A DNA stretch of 60,725 nt, filler included, from Basidiobolus ranarum (taxonomy: Eukaryota), in NCBI GenBank assembly GCA_040143965.1. It is 17 parts of 17 records of this genome, joined end to end, with 100 filler letters (N's around TTAATTAATTAA, not from the genome) between each part and the next. Parts side by side here need not be neighbours in the genome. Positions count along the whole stretch, not along the records: positions 10,767 to 14,253 come from JASJQH010009335.1; positions 14,354 to 17,837 come from JASJQH010009336.1; positions 17,938 to 21,419 come from JASJQH010009337.1; positions 21,520 to 25,000 come from JASJQH010009338.1; 13 more parts are not named here. The stretch is one strand, 5' to 3'. The notes under the pieces were generated by a model. The model worked only from the letters and a program-made list of their open reading frames with translations. It searched no databases and was not told where the DNA came from. The position numbers and the translations under genes are program-made. Shown piece after piece: positions 12,038 to 25,100 of the stretch (its first letter is position 1; every line of letters starts with the position of its first letter).

Positions 12038-14353
12038 AGTGTTTGATATTACAAATCACATTTGCCCCAGTTCTTATATATACTGACAAAAAGGGTGAAA
12101 ATAATGATATTCTAAACCTACTTTCCATTTTACCAGCATGACATTATGTTGAATTGCCAAAATGATAAAAAGCATTGTGCATCGTGGTCATAGTGTTTTA
12201 AAAGAACTTATGTTTTCGGCCTTGAATACTCTACTATCTCTTCTTATTGGGCAGTTGGTTGGATCACACATACAACAGTTGATTCATACCCATATTGAAT
12301 AACAGTTGACTACTCAAAGAAAACTATGCTCGTCATGAATTATACGCATTGACTTCGACAGTATACTGCTATGGATACTTACCTCACTGTGTCATCATTA
12401 CATATTGCGCACAGATAAGGCCAAAGAATGAAACCTCTCTACAGCTTGTTAGTGCTATACCGGTGAATTGATTACTTGAAGCAAGATACAGCGAGAAACA
12501 GCAACGAGACCATTGTATTGAGACATGAGCATTAGTTCTGAATCATTCTGTTGTAACTGCATCTAATGATTAGTATATTGAATGATTAGGGTATTGAAAA
12601 CCATCTTGGCTGCTGACGAATCATGACCGAACCGATCGGCATAATGCCACATGAGAACGTATAACATAATCGACCAAAATTGGAATCTATTCGTTTAGTT
12701 TCTGATATTCTAATAACTATTGAGTAAGTTCCATTTGGCTAACTGTAAATAATTGTGGTACTCCATGATTGAAATGCTTATCGAATTGGTGGTGATTGTA
12801 TTTATTGGAATACTATCTCCAAGGTGAACGCTTAAACGGAGGGCGAGGTACCAAGTTTGAAATTTCCTAGCTGCGAATAATACTAATTACAGGTGCGCGT
12901 GTGTGCTTTGAACATCTGTATCTACCAATTATTGTCACTTGATACCCAGATATGTTGTTACACCGGACATCGCTCTTTCCTACCCTGCTTCTTTCGGCTC
13001 AGATATTTTGTATGACATTTTGACATTATCACCATCACACTTATAGCAGCAGTATGCTCTTAAGCTGAGAGCCGCGATTAAACTAGCCCAACTCTGGATG
13101 CATCCTTTGCTCAATTTGACACCCGGTTTTTCAGAGAAAGAATGGTATATCGGAAGGAGTATATTCCGAGCAGTTAAGTATGTAGAATGAAGATTATAAG
13201 ATAGGGGTAAATCGAAGTGGTAGATTCGCACACTGGACAAGCCAACGTAATACTATCAGTGTGATTGCAATATTTTGAGTGATATATTGCTGAGATGATG
13301 AATATATTTATATGGAATATCTACATGTACCATGATACCTAAATGTTCATAGAAATTTTGTATCCTTTTTCAGTATTCCTCATACCTCATGCAGGATGTA
13401 TACTACAAGCAGCTCATTACTAAACAGATAAATGACCTTGACTACCACAGCCAACTCCAATTTGATATTGATTCCTTCTATAAACCAAATAAAATTATTC
13501 TGCCATTCAATCCTTTTCCAGTTCAGCCCACCCACTAAACATCATGTTCAAATATAAATATTGGAATATGTAACTAACTGAAGAAGTGAGACAAGCACTT
13601 GCTAATTACTGTATATAATTGGCCAACATAGTTTAAAGCAGGTAGCTCACAGCCACTAAATTGTCTAAAGCATTTTATCCATGTGAATAACATTAGATTG
13701 GAATGGATGTTGTCTACTTTGCTATAAATGTGCTTGTCTTGATAAACCTGATACCTTAGCTTCAATATGATATTTTCTAGTATTTAAGTATTAATAGATA
13801 ATGTCTCGGCTCATGTGGCTAATCATCTGGTTACACAATTATGAATTTGCAGTTCTAATATAACTTGAATTTTTAAGCATCTTTGTAAGAATGTCAAATT
13901 GATCTGCTAAAATTCTTGAGTTCATCGTAATGAGTTTGTTGATTTGGATACAAGAATATATACAACATTTGGTAGCCTGGATTAGTGGCTTTCTTTTGTA
14001 ACCCTAAACCTGACAAAATATGGTGTACAGGAATTTACTTTCAGTACCAAACTTAACAATAGTTCACTACCTAATGCACTTGCACTAGTGTAGGTTGTGT
14101 TCCACTGATTATTTTATCTTGGGATAGTTATATGAACCAAGTGAAGAGCAATACTAAATTCCCTGTTTGCCACCATAATGCTCCGGCCGCCACTCATCTC
14201 CTCAGTTTCAGCTATTACTGGGACATAATTTCTAATAATCGATGATTTATTTGNNNNNNNNNNNNNNNNNNNNNNNNNNNNNNNNNNNNNNNNNNNNTTA
14301 ATTAATTAANNNNNNNNNNNNNNNNNNNNNNNNNNNNNNNNNNNNNNNNNNNN

Positions 14354-14643
14354 CATGAGTTGGGATGTTGGGGACTACAAGGACCAATACAAAGAGGGAT
14401 GATGTAAGGATGATCAGGAGACCTTCCATGGAAGGTCTTAGCAGAAATACACTATGCGTGGGATGACATCATTGGTTAGGTTTCATGAAATGTTCCAAAG
14501 AACATGACTTCTATATGAGGTAATTGGGATGAAGTGACACCAGATTGCCAAGAAGGGATGGCACAGCAGATATGATGTCATAATCTAATAAGCAAGGAGT
14601 TCTATTTGTAGTGGATTGGTATGCCAAGATCAGAATCATGACA
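14354..14643 (-). mobile_element. Ty3/gypsy LTR 5' portion (TGTCATGA...) abutting copia RT
   Basis: Matches 16190-16478; TG terminus at 14643. Confidence 0.7.
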
Positions 14644-15020
14644 GTTTCACAGCTATCCAATGCTCCATTGCAGGATTTTCCATATATTTGCTTACTATGC
14701 TTACTGCTGTAGCAATATTGGGCCTAGTGCCACTTGTTGCATATATGAAACTTCCAACTGCACTATCATAAGGAATATGTTTCCTGATTACAATATCTTC
14801 ACAGGTCTTTGGTTCGATATTCTTAGTGAGTTTCAGCATACATACTGGATTTGAAGCTTTTACATTCTAACATATTGAATCTGTTTAAAACATCTGCAAT
14901 ACATTTTTCTTGTATGTACAGAGTGTTCCAATAGTGGATTTTAATATATCTGCATTCCAAGACAATATGCTAGTGATCTAAGATTTTGCATTTCAAACTT
15001 GATAGATAGCCTGGTCTTAG
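14644..15020 (-). mobile_element. Ty1/copia reverse transcriptase remnant
   Basis: IPYDSAVGSFIYATSGTRPNIATAVSIVSKYMENPAMEHWIAVK. Confidence 0.85.
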
Positions 15021-15194
15021 TTTGTGTAATAAGATATAATAGATAAGTGGGGGTAATAAGACACACTTGTTATATAGATATAAATATTCCTATTTAGAAT
15101 ATAGGGGTTGTAGATACATTGCTTTCTGTTTCCGATATATGTATTGTAACAAAGGTTAACTATGATGTTGGATAAAGATTAATTATCCAACACT

Positions 15195-16478
15195 TTCAGT
15201 TCAGCAATAAAGGCCAGGAAGTTTGAAAGAAGTGGAGATTAACCTTCCATCAAAGGAGCAAATATAATATAGAGCTCTTCCTGATAATAGTGTTCCCACT
15301 TAGCCTACTTTTGCTTGGTCAGAGAGGTAGGAGTGGGGATGTAACTGGATGATGAGCTTTACTTGGTTAATAAAACCACAACAGTTTTGGCAAATGCCAT
15401 CAAACGTATTTGGTAAGGAGATTTTGTGCTCAGGAGTTGGATCTGCAGGATAGTTGGGTGGAGCTGGATTATGTACATGAGCAAGAGAAGTATGAAGTTC
15501 TTGATTTTCTTGCTGAAGCTGAGTAAGAGCTTGTATGATATCTTGCATTGTGGGGGCCAGTGTAGACATAATACTTACTATGTTGAGAGGAGGAAGTTTT
15601 TAAAAACCACAAGTTTCTCTAGGAATAATAATCAAAATGCAATGTCCAACTTTCTGTTGAAGAAATGATTGGTGCCTTGACAAAAGAATATGCTGGTAAC
15701 AATGTTGTTTGATCTTGATCAAGTACTAAAGCTTTGTTGATCAAAAACAACTGTAAGCTCAACCAGTAGTGTCTTAACAAGGATGCACTTAGAGCAATTA
15801 TCCACAAGTGGAAGGTACCTTTGCCATAGCAGGGAAGCTTGGGAAAGATGGGAAATAAGAGGGAAGCCAACCTTGGGAGGTTTGAAGGTTGGAGAACAGG
15901 GATGGAGAGAAGTCTTCAGGCAAGTGTAAGTAGTTGGATAAAACTGCCACAATAAGGAACTGGACAAGGTCTGGAAACAACCACTAGAGGCTAAAAGGCA
16001 GGAGAGTACTTGGGTGTAGACCACAAGATAAGTCAAGACAAGACTGGACAGGGAAGATACTTTGGCAAGAATCCTTATTGATAACTGGCATTGCTCAGAC
16101 TGAGATCTGACCATGGAATACATGGGGCTCATATAGCTATTGCAGGGTGAAACATAATCTACTGAATAGGGAATCTACTGTTGCAAGTTGAGGTGTTGGG
16201 GTTTTGGGGACTACAAGGACCAATACAAAGAGGGATGATGTAATGATGATCAGGTGACATTCCATGGAAGGTCTTGCCAGAAATCACTATGTGTGGGATG
16301 ATATGATTCGTTTGATTTCATGCAGTGTTACAAAGAACAAGACTTCCATAAAAGGTAACCAAGATGAACTAACGCAAGATTGCCAAGAAGGGATGGTACA
16401 GGAGATATGATGTCATAATCTAATACTAGAAGAGTTCTGTTTGCAGGGGATCCATATGCCAAGATCAGAATCATGACC
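15195..16478 (-). mobile_element. Ty3/gypsy 5' LTR (15945-16478), leader and decayed gag (start 15569)
   Basis: KISLPNTFDG..GFINQVKLIIQLHPHSYLSDQAKVG is a retrotransposon gag signature. The LTR is shared with 14354-14643 and 3386-3491. Confidence 0.8.
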
Positions 16479-17837
16479 AAACCTGTAATAAAGTTTATAA
16501 TATTTAATTAAAAAATCTTTGCACAGTTGCTTTATATGCCTGAGATCTGCCAATGTGAGTTGAAGCCATAAGAATGTATTAACAATATTGACAAACAACA
16601 CCCAATGTTGCCAATACTTAGCAGGCAGAAATCTTTTCAACATTCTGCTTGAATATATACAAATCCAATACTTCCAGTCTTTGCATTTGAATAAATGCCT
16701 AGATGAGTTGATATTGATGGGAGTCCTGGTAGAATATGATGGTATCTTGAAGTTTTCAAGCATTTTCTCAAACAATTCAAACTTTGATTTTATCTTGAAT
16801 GGCTTATTCATATTGAATTTTCCACTTTATAGCTGAGTTAGTAGTACTGGAATGTTGTTGAATAGTAAGTGCATAGTGCCTAATGGGAAGCTCTGGCTCC
16901 AGCAGAAGCTCTTTAACACTATAATCTTAGGCTTACAGCTAATCCTAAGTCTGATCTTAAACTGACTATTTGGTGAATTGATATTAGTGATCATGTTGAA
17001 ATCTGACAGGGCTCTTGATGATAAAATAATATAGCTTAGTGTTGATTTGGATAATAGCAATGCATATGGCTGATAGAGTAAACTCCATTAATTTGACAAA
17101 ATATACAGCATGACAGTGCATTATGCCTGCAAAAACCTCCAAGCTTACGGATGGCAGGGTATCACCAATACATACAATGATATTAACTTTAATAAAAAAT
17201 TCACCCATCTGAAGCCCATTAGATAACCATTCAAATTCCATAATCAAATGCTTCAAGAAGCTATCTATAAGTGCTGGTGTTTCAAGTCTAGATATGATGA
17301 ATAGTATCAAAATATTGTGAATCTTATACCATTCAGAAGGAGGAAGATTGAAGTTAATTAAAGTTATTGGCCAGCAATCCTTTCCAATGTAATATTTGTT
17401 TAGTGAGAAACCATCCGGAGCCAATCCAAATGTATGATCACTTGTTTTCTCAAAGACACCTTGACTTTTCAGATTCTGGTATTGGTATCCATCAATTGTT
17501 TTGGCAAGACCATCAGCTTGATGGTGAGTACTTTGGTATTGAATCATGGATCTATATTTGGGTGATTTTATCAAAACATTAAGATGGAGAATCAACAGTA
17601 TGTAAGCCCAATTTGAGCAATATTTACCTGATTCAGTGATTGCCAATTGTGTGCAAACAATACATGACTTCAGGTTTTTCAGGTCACTGGTGAAGTCCAA
17701 AAATCCATATGGATGTGAAGGTAGCATAATTACTGAAGGATTATAAGTCATACAATTGACAAGTGTTTTCCACTTGTACCAGGTTTGTGGCAAGCAACAG
17801 TTGCCAATCAACTGTGGTAAAAGTGTAAGAAAACCAA
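16479..17837 (-). mobile_element. Degenerate CACTA/EnSpm (Transposase_21/tnp2-type) transposase
   Basis: DGFSLNK..CWPITLINFNLPP, IDSFLKHL, CIGDTLP, MHLLFNNI, WKYWICIYS..LP.KYWQHW.LFV; frameshifted. Confidence 0.85.
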
Positions 17838-17937
17838 NNNNNNNNNNNNNNNNNNNNNNNNNNNNNNNNNNNNNNNNNNNNTTAATTAATTAANNNNNNN
17901 NNNNNNNNNNNNNNNNNNNNNNNNNNNNNNNNNNNNN

Positions 17938-18632
17938 TGGTTTTCACTTATTGATTTATTGAGTAGAAAGTTGACATTTATAGATTTGTCAATATGTAAG
18001 CAAACTAATGTGTAGAATGAGTTAAGGAAGATCCTAGAAACATGTATGCAAAGTTTGGGGCTTCTAGCACAAGTTTGAAGAATCTATATATCTGAGAACT
18101 TCTAAGTTGGTGTCAATATTCCAAGTAAATTCCGATTGAGAATAATTGATAATATCTTAGTGAGTTATAAGATAACTAAGTACTAAGTTATATATGACTA
18201 TATAGGTGTTTAGGCAATGCTAATTTCAACAATTTATAGCTGAATATTTAGTTTTTCCATATTTCACTAAGATATCACGAACTATTCTCGATTAGAATTT
18301 ACTTTGAATATTGACACCAACTTAGAAGTTCTCAGATATATAGATTTTTCAAACTTGTGCTAGAAGCCCCAAACTTTGCACAAATGTTCCTGGGACCTTC
18401 TTTAACCATTCTACACGTTAGTTTCTTTACATATTCACAAAAGTATAAATGTCAACTTTCAACTTAATAAATCAATAAGTGAAACCACCAATTTTTCTAG
18501 TTTTTCAAACCACTTCCAACAGTCTCAATATTTTCAGTAAATTCCTCATGAAGATATCTCATAAAAACATAGCGAAATTTAAGTAGCGAACTATATGACT
18601 ATATAGATGCCTAAGCTATGTCATCTTCAACA
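17938..18632. mobile_element. Two MITE copies in inverted orientation (17938-18231 and ~18262-18632)
   Basis: 17938-18165 is the reverse complement of ~18262-18490. Both copies carry a ...TATATGACTATATAG...TTCAACA terminus. Confidence 0.8.
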
Positions 18633-18961
18633 CTTTCTTTGTGTAAACAAGAAAAGTATTGCTTTGGAAGCAATATAAATAAATTAGAAAGATTACCAAG
18701 CATAAATCCTCCTCTAGTTGTGGTCAATTCTCTCCTTAGTAATGTAGATCGACCAAGTGCTTACTCTCCCTGCATTCAAAGTGTGATAGTATAGACAACA
18801 GCTTGCAGATTAGATTCTGTTGATGGGTGATGTCAAAGGGTTAGAAATTAGGGTGGCAAACCAATTCCCTATCAAATTAATGATGATGAATGGCACAGGG
18901 TAGCGAGTGGTGACTGGGAGGTGAGGAGTTACAATGGTTTTTATCCAAACCAACAATTATT

Positions 18962-21419
18962 ATGGAGATCAATAGTTCAAGTCCACCTAATAAACGTCCA
19001 CGTCTAGACGAGGATACCTCCAATGTCTCTCCCAATTCCAGTCAAAGTGGTCTAACACAAAAACTTAACCATCTAATCAAAGAACTTGGTCAACCGGTGG
19101 TTGGAAGCTCTCAAATCGCAGCTAAATTGAATGACTTGGACTTGAAATCTTTACTTTACTTTCTAAAGCTTCTTAAGCCAAGACTCAGAGAACTTCGAAA
19201 ACTCAGCCTCTCAGGAGGTCGTAGCACGGAACAGAGTGTGCTAAGAACTCTATTAATCTTTCAACTTACTTTACAAACATTGACCAATAAGTCAAGTGAT
19301 GTGAAGCTGGAAAAGGAAGTGATAGACGTGTATATTTATGAACTGATACAATGCACACAAGTCAGAGGAGTAGAGGTGAAAGTATATGCAACAAAATTAT
19401 TGTGTAACTTACTGGAAGGTAAACTCGGAAAGGGTTTTGCATTAGAAGAAACGATTCAAGCATTCAAAAATCATGAAGGCATCTCAACTTTACTTTCACT
19501 ATTAAGCTTAGCCATGAGGGATATACAGAATTATGCTCTCAGAGGCCTATCTTCGCATGTCAGAAGTTTTGCAAATCGAATCGTCCAAGCCAATGGTATA
19601 CATCTGTTGTTGACTTTTGTAGGACAAACCGTAGAGCAAGTTCAGACTTTAGAGGAATTTAAAGCGGATTCTGGGATCATAGTATTCGCTACAACACTCC
19701 TAGCTAATCTGTTTCGTCTTGTTGGGAATGCTCCGCAATCATTGAGCACAAATGACAGTGAGACGTTGATGAAGATTTGGCGTAGCATTGTATCAAGAGC
19801 CCGAAGCACCGAAGGAAGTGCTACAGAAGTATATGAAAAACCAGTTCTCGACCTTACAAGTGCTCTGTACTGTAGTTGCCGAAGTGTAAAAGCCTTACGT
19901 GCGATATATGTTAGGAACAGTGGATTTGAACTGGGAATCGGCTTATTAAAGCATTTTTCAAAACGTATCTCCGACCTTACAATGGCCAATAAGGAAAGCC
20001 AGTCGAAGGCAATGAATCGTAATTTGGAGCGCTGTCTAGAGAATTCTGATTACATTCTTAGACTACTCATTATCGTATCCGTGGACAAACACCCTGCTTG
20101 TGTGGAAACTTTCAAAGCACGACATTTAATTCTGTTGCAATTTCTGGTTGGTATCCTCAGCAAGATCACTTCTTATGAACCGGATCCAACAAACGTAGAT
20201 GCAGTATTGGCCATTCAAGAGTTTCAAGAGAATTATGAACTAAATGATTTGGATACTAGCTTTTGGACAAGCCATGCATCTACTATCAAAGACCTGCTTA
20301 CTCTACTCTCTAACTGCATGGAAAAATCCAAAGAGGCCCAGAAGTTTGCGCTTGATACCCACATTGTGTATGTACTATCCACCTTGCTCACACTTGAGCT
20401 TGACTATGATCAGCAACAGAAAGATGAAATATTTGAGAAAACACTGAAGATGTTGCTTGAGCTATTCGGTGAATCTATAGCTATCGAGCATTTTGGCGAT
20501 AATCTACGACCTCTGATGGAGAATGCCTTTAAAAAGCTTACCGCCATCTCTCTTAATACTGTTGAGAACAATTCCACACGCTCTGCTTCTATCGTTTCCT
20601 TTCGCTCGTTGAAATTCCTATCTCTCGCATGTCGAAACCTCCGAAGTCGAACAATTCTAATTGACATGGACTTTTTAGCCACTATTAAGGAGCATTATGT
20701 CCCGGAAATGCTATCTCTTGAAACACTGGACCCGCCTGAGCGCGCCAAGCTATATACAGATCTTATTTATTTATTTTCTCTTGATGCCCCGGTACGAGTG
20801 AAAATACGAGAGGATTACGGATACCTTTCCTCGATCATTGAAATATTGAATATAACAAGAAAGCTTATCGAGAAAAATGATTCCAGTAAACTAAGAATAG
20901 CTGGGATTGCTGGTGTGGGCTGTTTCAAAATCATCGCCAACTTCTGCTATGATAAGCATGCACTTTCTATTCTTTCAAAGTGTGATGTTTTATCAGACCT
21001 TACGGTTACTCCCCAAGATGATTTAATATTCGTGGAATCCGGAAAGATTAGTATGATTCCTTTATTGTTACATATAATCTGCAAATGGAGATGGTCTCAA
21101 GGGGCCATAGATTCTACTGAGACAGTGGACTTCCCGCAAAAAAGCGACTCGGAAGAAGCATCTGAGCAGATTATACACGATGAACCACCCAAGTCCTTCT
21201 CTAAGATTGATCAGATTCTTCTCGAGAGTGCCCGTCTTATAGATCATCTCACGAAGGTACCAGAGTGTCGGCGGTATCTGGTTAGTACTCCAGTTGCAAT
21301 TTTGGAGATGTCAGGGACATTGGTCTTATCCCATCCTTCAGAGCACTTTCCGCCCTCCATCGTAGCAGCTCTGAAGCGTGTGATTCCTCAGCGAGAGTTC
21401 CTTCAGCAGCTTACCCTGA
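18962..21419 (+). CDS. Large Leu-rich armadillo/HEAT-like protein, >819 aa, 3'-truncated
   Basis: Uninterrupted 2.45-kb ORF; ARM-like segments (EGISTLLSLLS, NGIHLLLTFV, SGFELGIGLL); NLS-like PPNKRPR. Confidence 0.75.
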
Positions 21420-21519
21420 NNNNNNNNNNNNNNNNNNNNNNNNNNNNNNNNNNNNNNNNNNNNTTAATTAATTAANNNNNNNNNNNNNNNNNNNNNNNNN
21501 NNNNNNNNNNNNNNNNNNN

Positions 21520-23621
21520 AGTCGTGACTGACAATAATGCTCGTGACTTTCTTCTGCGATTTGAGGTAGTCTTCCAACCAAGCGATATTAGTGACATCAA
21601 GATGATTCGTCGGTTCGTCCAAAAGTAGAATATCTGCATTCACTAAAATGGCACGTGCAAGTTCCAACTTCATTTTCCATCCACCAGAGAGCGATCTTAC
21701 GGAGTTACTTTGCATTTCGTCGGTGAAGCCAACGCTTTTTAAAGCCGTGGATATTTCATCACGTGAAACATGCTTCAATTGAGGGTCTTCATAAGATCAA
21801 TCCAAAAGTTATTAGTCAACTAAAAATACTCAATTGAAGATATAAGACTCACCATTAGAGATAAACTCTATGATGGGAAGAATAGCATCTTCCCCCTGCA
21901 ACGCATGCTCGACAAACACAGTCTTAAGCTCATCTTGAGAAGGGAATCCTTCTAGTTTACCGTTGGCGATGGCTCGCATTAATGTGGACTTTCCTACCCC
22001 GTTTGCACCACATAAACCATATCTGCGACCTCGACATAGGCGTAAATTAGTGTGGTTCAATAGCATCATACCACCGTAAGCCAAAGAGAAATCTATATCA
22101 CACAAGATTTCTCCTTCGTCCTCATCAGAATCATTTGCATTCGCATATTTTTTCTATTTAACGTTGCTTAGTTAGTATGAGTGAAGAATACGACTCAGCA
22201 GCTACATGAGTAACCTTGTCGATATCCACATAATGGTTTAAAAGATCCTCTGCGATTTGATCGGCAATTTCTTGGTCAATAAACTGTTGAAGGTACGGTG
22301 AGATTAAATTGTCAATCCAAGATTGTTTCTCAAACTCCCGTTCTTCCACCATCTCAGCTATAATTGCCGCTAGGTATTCCAATTGAACTTGAAGATTCTT
22401 TTCAAGAGGAATGTTTTTCTCTGCTACTATCGACTTCATATATGCCAAGATTTCAGCACGCTCAGCTTGGATGTCACGATGAGAAGTTCCTTGCACCGAA
22501 CCCGCAGCTTTGACAAGAGTAGCACGTGCTTTAGAGGTAAGTGCGCTAACTTCCGGAGAGGAAGTCTCAATAATTCGGTCTAATCCAGGTAACAACTCTG
22601 GTAGATATTGCCCAGCCTCTTTTGGATTATTAACAAGACGACACAAATTATCCACGATAATGACCGTTTTACGGAGAACAGATTGCGAACGATTACTAAG
22701 TGCGCGTACGAGTAGTGGGATAAGGATAGCGAGCGTGGGTCCTATTTGATAGCATTCTCTCAGTATCATAGTTTTAAAAGATAAATCTAATGCCGCTTAC
22801 CATTCACGTCAGCTACAAACGTAGTAGACGATAATTTACTGATAGTGTTTGGGACGTTGTCAGGTTCAGCCATACATTGAATAAGGTCTGAAACGAAGGG
22901 CATTATGTCTTGATTACGTATTACGTTCACAATGGCAGTCAATGCTTTTGTAGCCGCGGTCGCTACCTAAGTAGTACAAGAGCCGTGCCATAAATATCAT
23001 TTAGTGAAATCATGCTTTTCTTTAAAGCAGAAAAAGGAAACGTACCTCCGGTTTGGTATCGTGTAAACATTCGGATATGTGTGGAATAATGGAAACTAAA
23101 TTTGCTGCAATCTGATCAGGAGCTCTATCCGGGATTTGGCAGATGAGATCGCAAGCTCCAACTTTAGCTTGCCAACGGGCTCCCCCTGCGAGAACATCGA
23201 AAAGAGTCTCCAGGAATACAGTAGAAAGTCAATATGGGGGAGGAAGTAGGGAAAGTTCACGAATGGCGGACTCTGCAGCCTCTCTAACTACATCTCCTTT
23301 ATCGGCATAAGCACCAAGAATCAAAGGTAGAATAGGGATGAACATAGGCTCTGTAGTTGGGCCCATAGAACGAAACAGTGAAACAAAACCTATTAATCCC
23401 GATTCACGGGCTATTCCAGACTTCTTGTTTTTAACTGCCGCGCTAAAATTGTCTATAATACCATATCGCTCCAGGCCCAAGATTCCTTCTTCCTTCAGTA
23501 AGGCACCAAGTTTATCAGCATGTTCAGCACATTCTTTGGAAGTTTCAGCATTGTATAGTTTGTCGAGTAAATCTTTTACTTGAGCTTCTTTACTCTCAAC
23601 CCAATTGTTATCAGCGGCCAT
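21520..23621 (-). CDS. eEF3-family ABCF ATPase (NEW1/Elf1-like): HEAT domain plus first ABC domain, multi-exon, 3'-truncated, one in-frame TGA at 23229-23231
   Basis: [11 protein letters not shown], Walker [10 protein letters not shown], signature LSGGWKMK, Walker [16 protein letters not shown] segment WQAKVGA...HDTKPEV. Confidence 0.9.
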
Positions 23622-25100
23622 TATTCAAGAAAGATAACAAGACTGGTATATAATCAAGAATTACTACACTGACTGGCAAGGATATATATAATCTTTCAGT
23701 ACTCTAAAATGCGAGACTACATTTGAGCTAAACGGGATATGATTGGATCTTAGCTTTGGCATATTTGATTGCGCTAGCATTGATGAAATCAGTCATTGCG
23801 TTATCGTTGGCGGTGTAACTGTAATAAAAAGAAGTCAATAGACAGATCACAATTTGATATGGTGTTTAATGACAATAAGTGTTGCGCATGCAACATCAAG
23901 CGTAGAGGGGATGAAGAAAAGGAGGAACAGTGCCAACATAACATACTGATATATTTCTTAGTAGGAGATGGAGCCTATATGTGAAACTGAATTTATTGGG
24001 TGTTCAATCACTTCCTTTTCCATATTTCCACTCTTTGTCACATGTAACGCCACTAGGGAGCATGGGATTGTATGTGTTTCTCTCATAAATCTTCGTTCTT
24101 TTCTACCTTATGTGTCACAGATCTGGGGACTCTCCGTTGTAGCTTACTAGGAACAGTGATGAGCATGACTTGGGGCAGGCAGAACCGTTGTTCGGTAAGC
24201 AATCACAACCTCAGCGTATGAAGTCTTCTCTGACAATTTCCAATAAACCTCACCTTGATTGCCAACCACTCTGGTATGAGGCCTACTGGATCTATTCCTG
24301 ATTCCTTAAACACATTTGATTGACTTGCTACAAACCACTCCTTGTTATTTGTATCGTTGATAGATTTGTGTAACCTTGGAAGCACTAGGCCTTTCCCAAA
24401 CTAGCCTCTCAGAATGATTCTGCTGAGTGCTCTATGTGGCTTACCCCAAGAAATCCATATTTTTAGGGGATTAATGGTCCTGGTTCAGAGCCCGATTTTC
24501 AATATTTGTTATCTGCTAGATATTTCTAGAATGTGGCCAATAAGAGTCCGAGTGATCTTGGCTATTTGAACTTAATTACAAAGATCGTGATTTCTTCACC
24601 CCACTGTCTCTCACAACAGTGAACACTCTCCATCATGCAGTAACATGATATCTCTTCCTTAGCATGTGATACCGCTAAGCGTGGTAAAGGGTTAAGTACC
24701 ATAAATGTTGTTGTGCAAGTGTTGCTCGCTTATGAGTGCAGAGCTCGACAGGAGTACTTGGCAAACAGAGGGGAGATTTGAGTTTAAAATTACGTTTGCA
24801 ATGTGATCTTAGGGCCGATGAAATATAATTAATGCAATTTTCAGTTGCTTTGTTACTCTGGTATTTATTCTGGCTATTATGCCTGTCATGGTTACCATAG
24901 TTGTAACTGCATTATTTAACTTGTATTGTATATTTACACGCAAGAGGATGTACGGAACATGCATATGAATTGAATCGCCTTTTAACTTTATAGTGTTTTG
25001 NNNNNNNNNNNNNNNNNNNNNNNNNNNNNNNNNNNNNNNNNNNNTTAATTAATTAANNNNNNNNNNNNNNNNNNNNNNNNNNNNNNNNNNNNNNNNNNNN

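Noticed and set aside
15925..15945. Possible Tf1-like self-priming PBS after the gypsy LTR
   Set aside because: No convincing complement was found within the degenerate LTR.
23229..23231. Selenocysteine explanation for the in-frame TGA codons
   Set aside because: The aligned positions are Ala/Gly-type, not catalytic Cys, and neither family is a known selenoprotein.
24203..24385. DPVGLIPEWLA, resembling the START-domain DPGGxIPxW motif
   Set aside because: One short motif in a broken frame; insufficient support.
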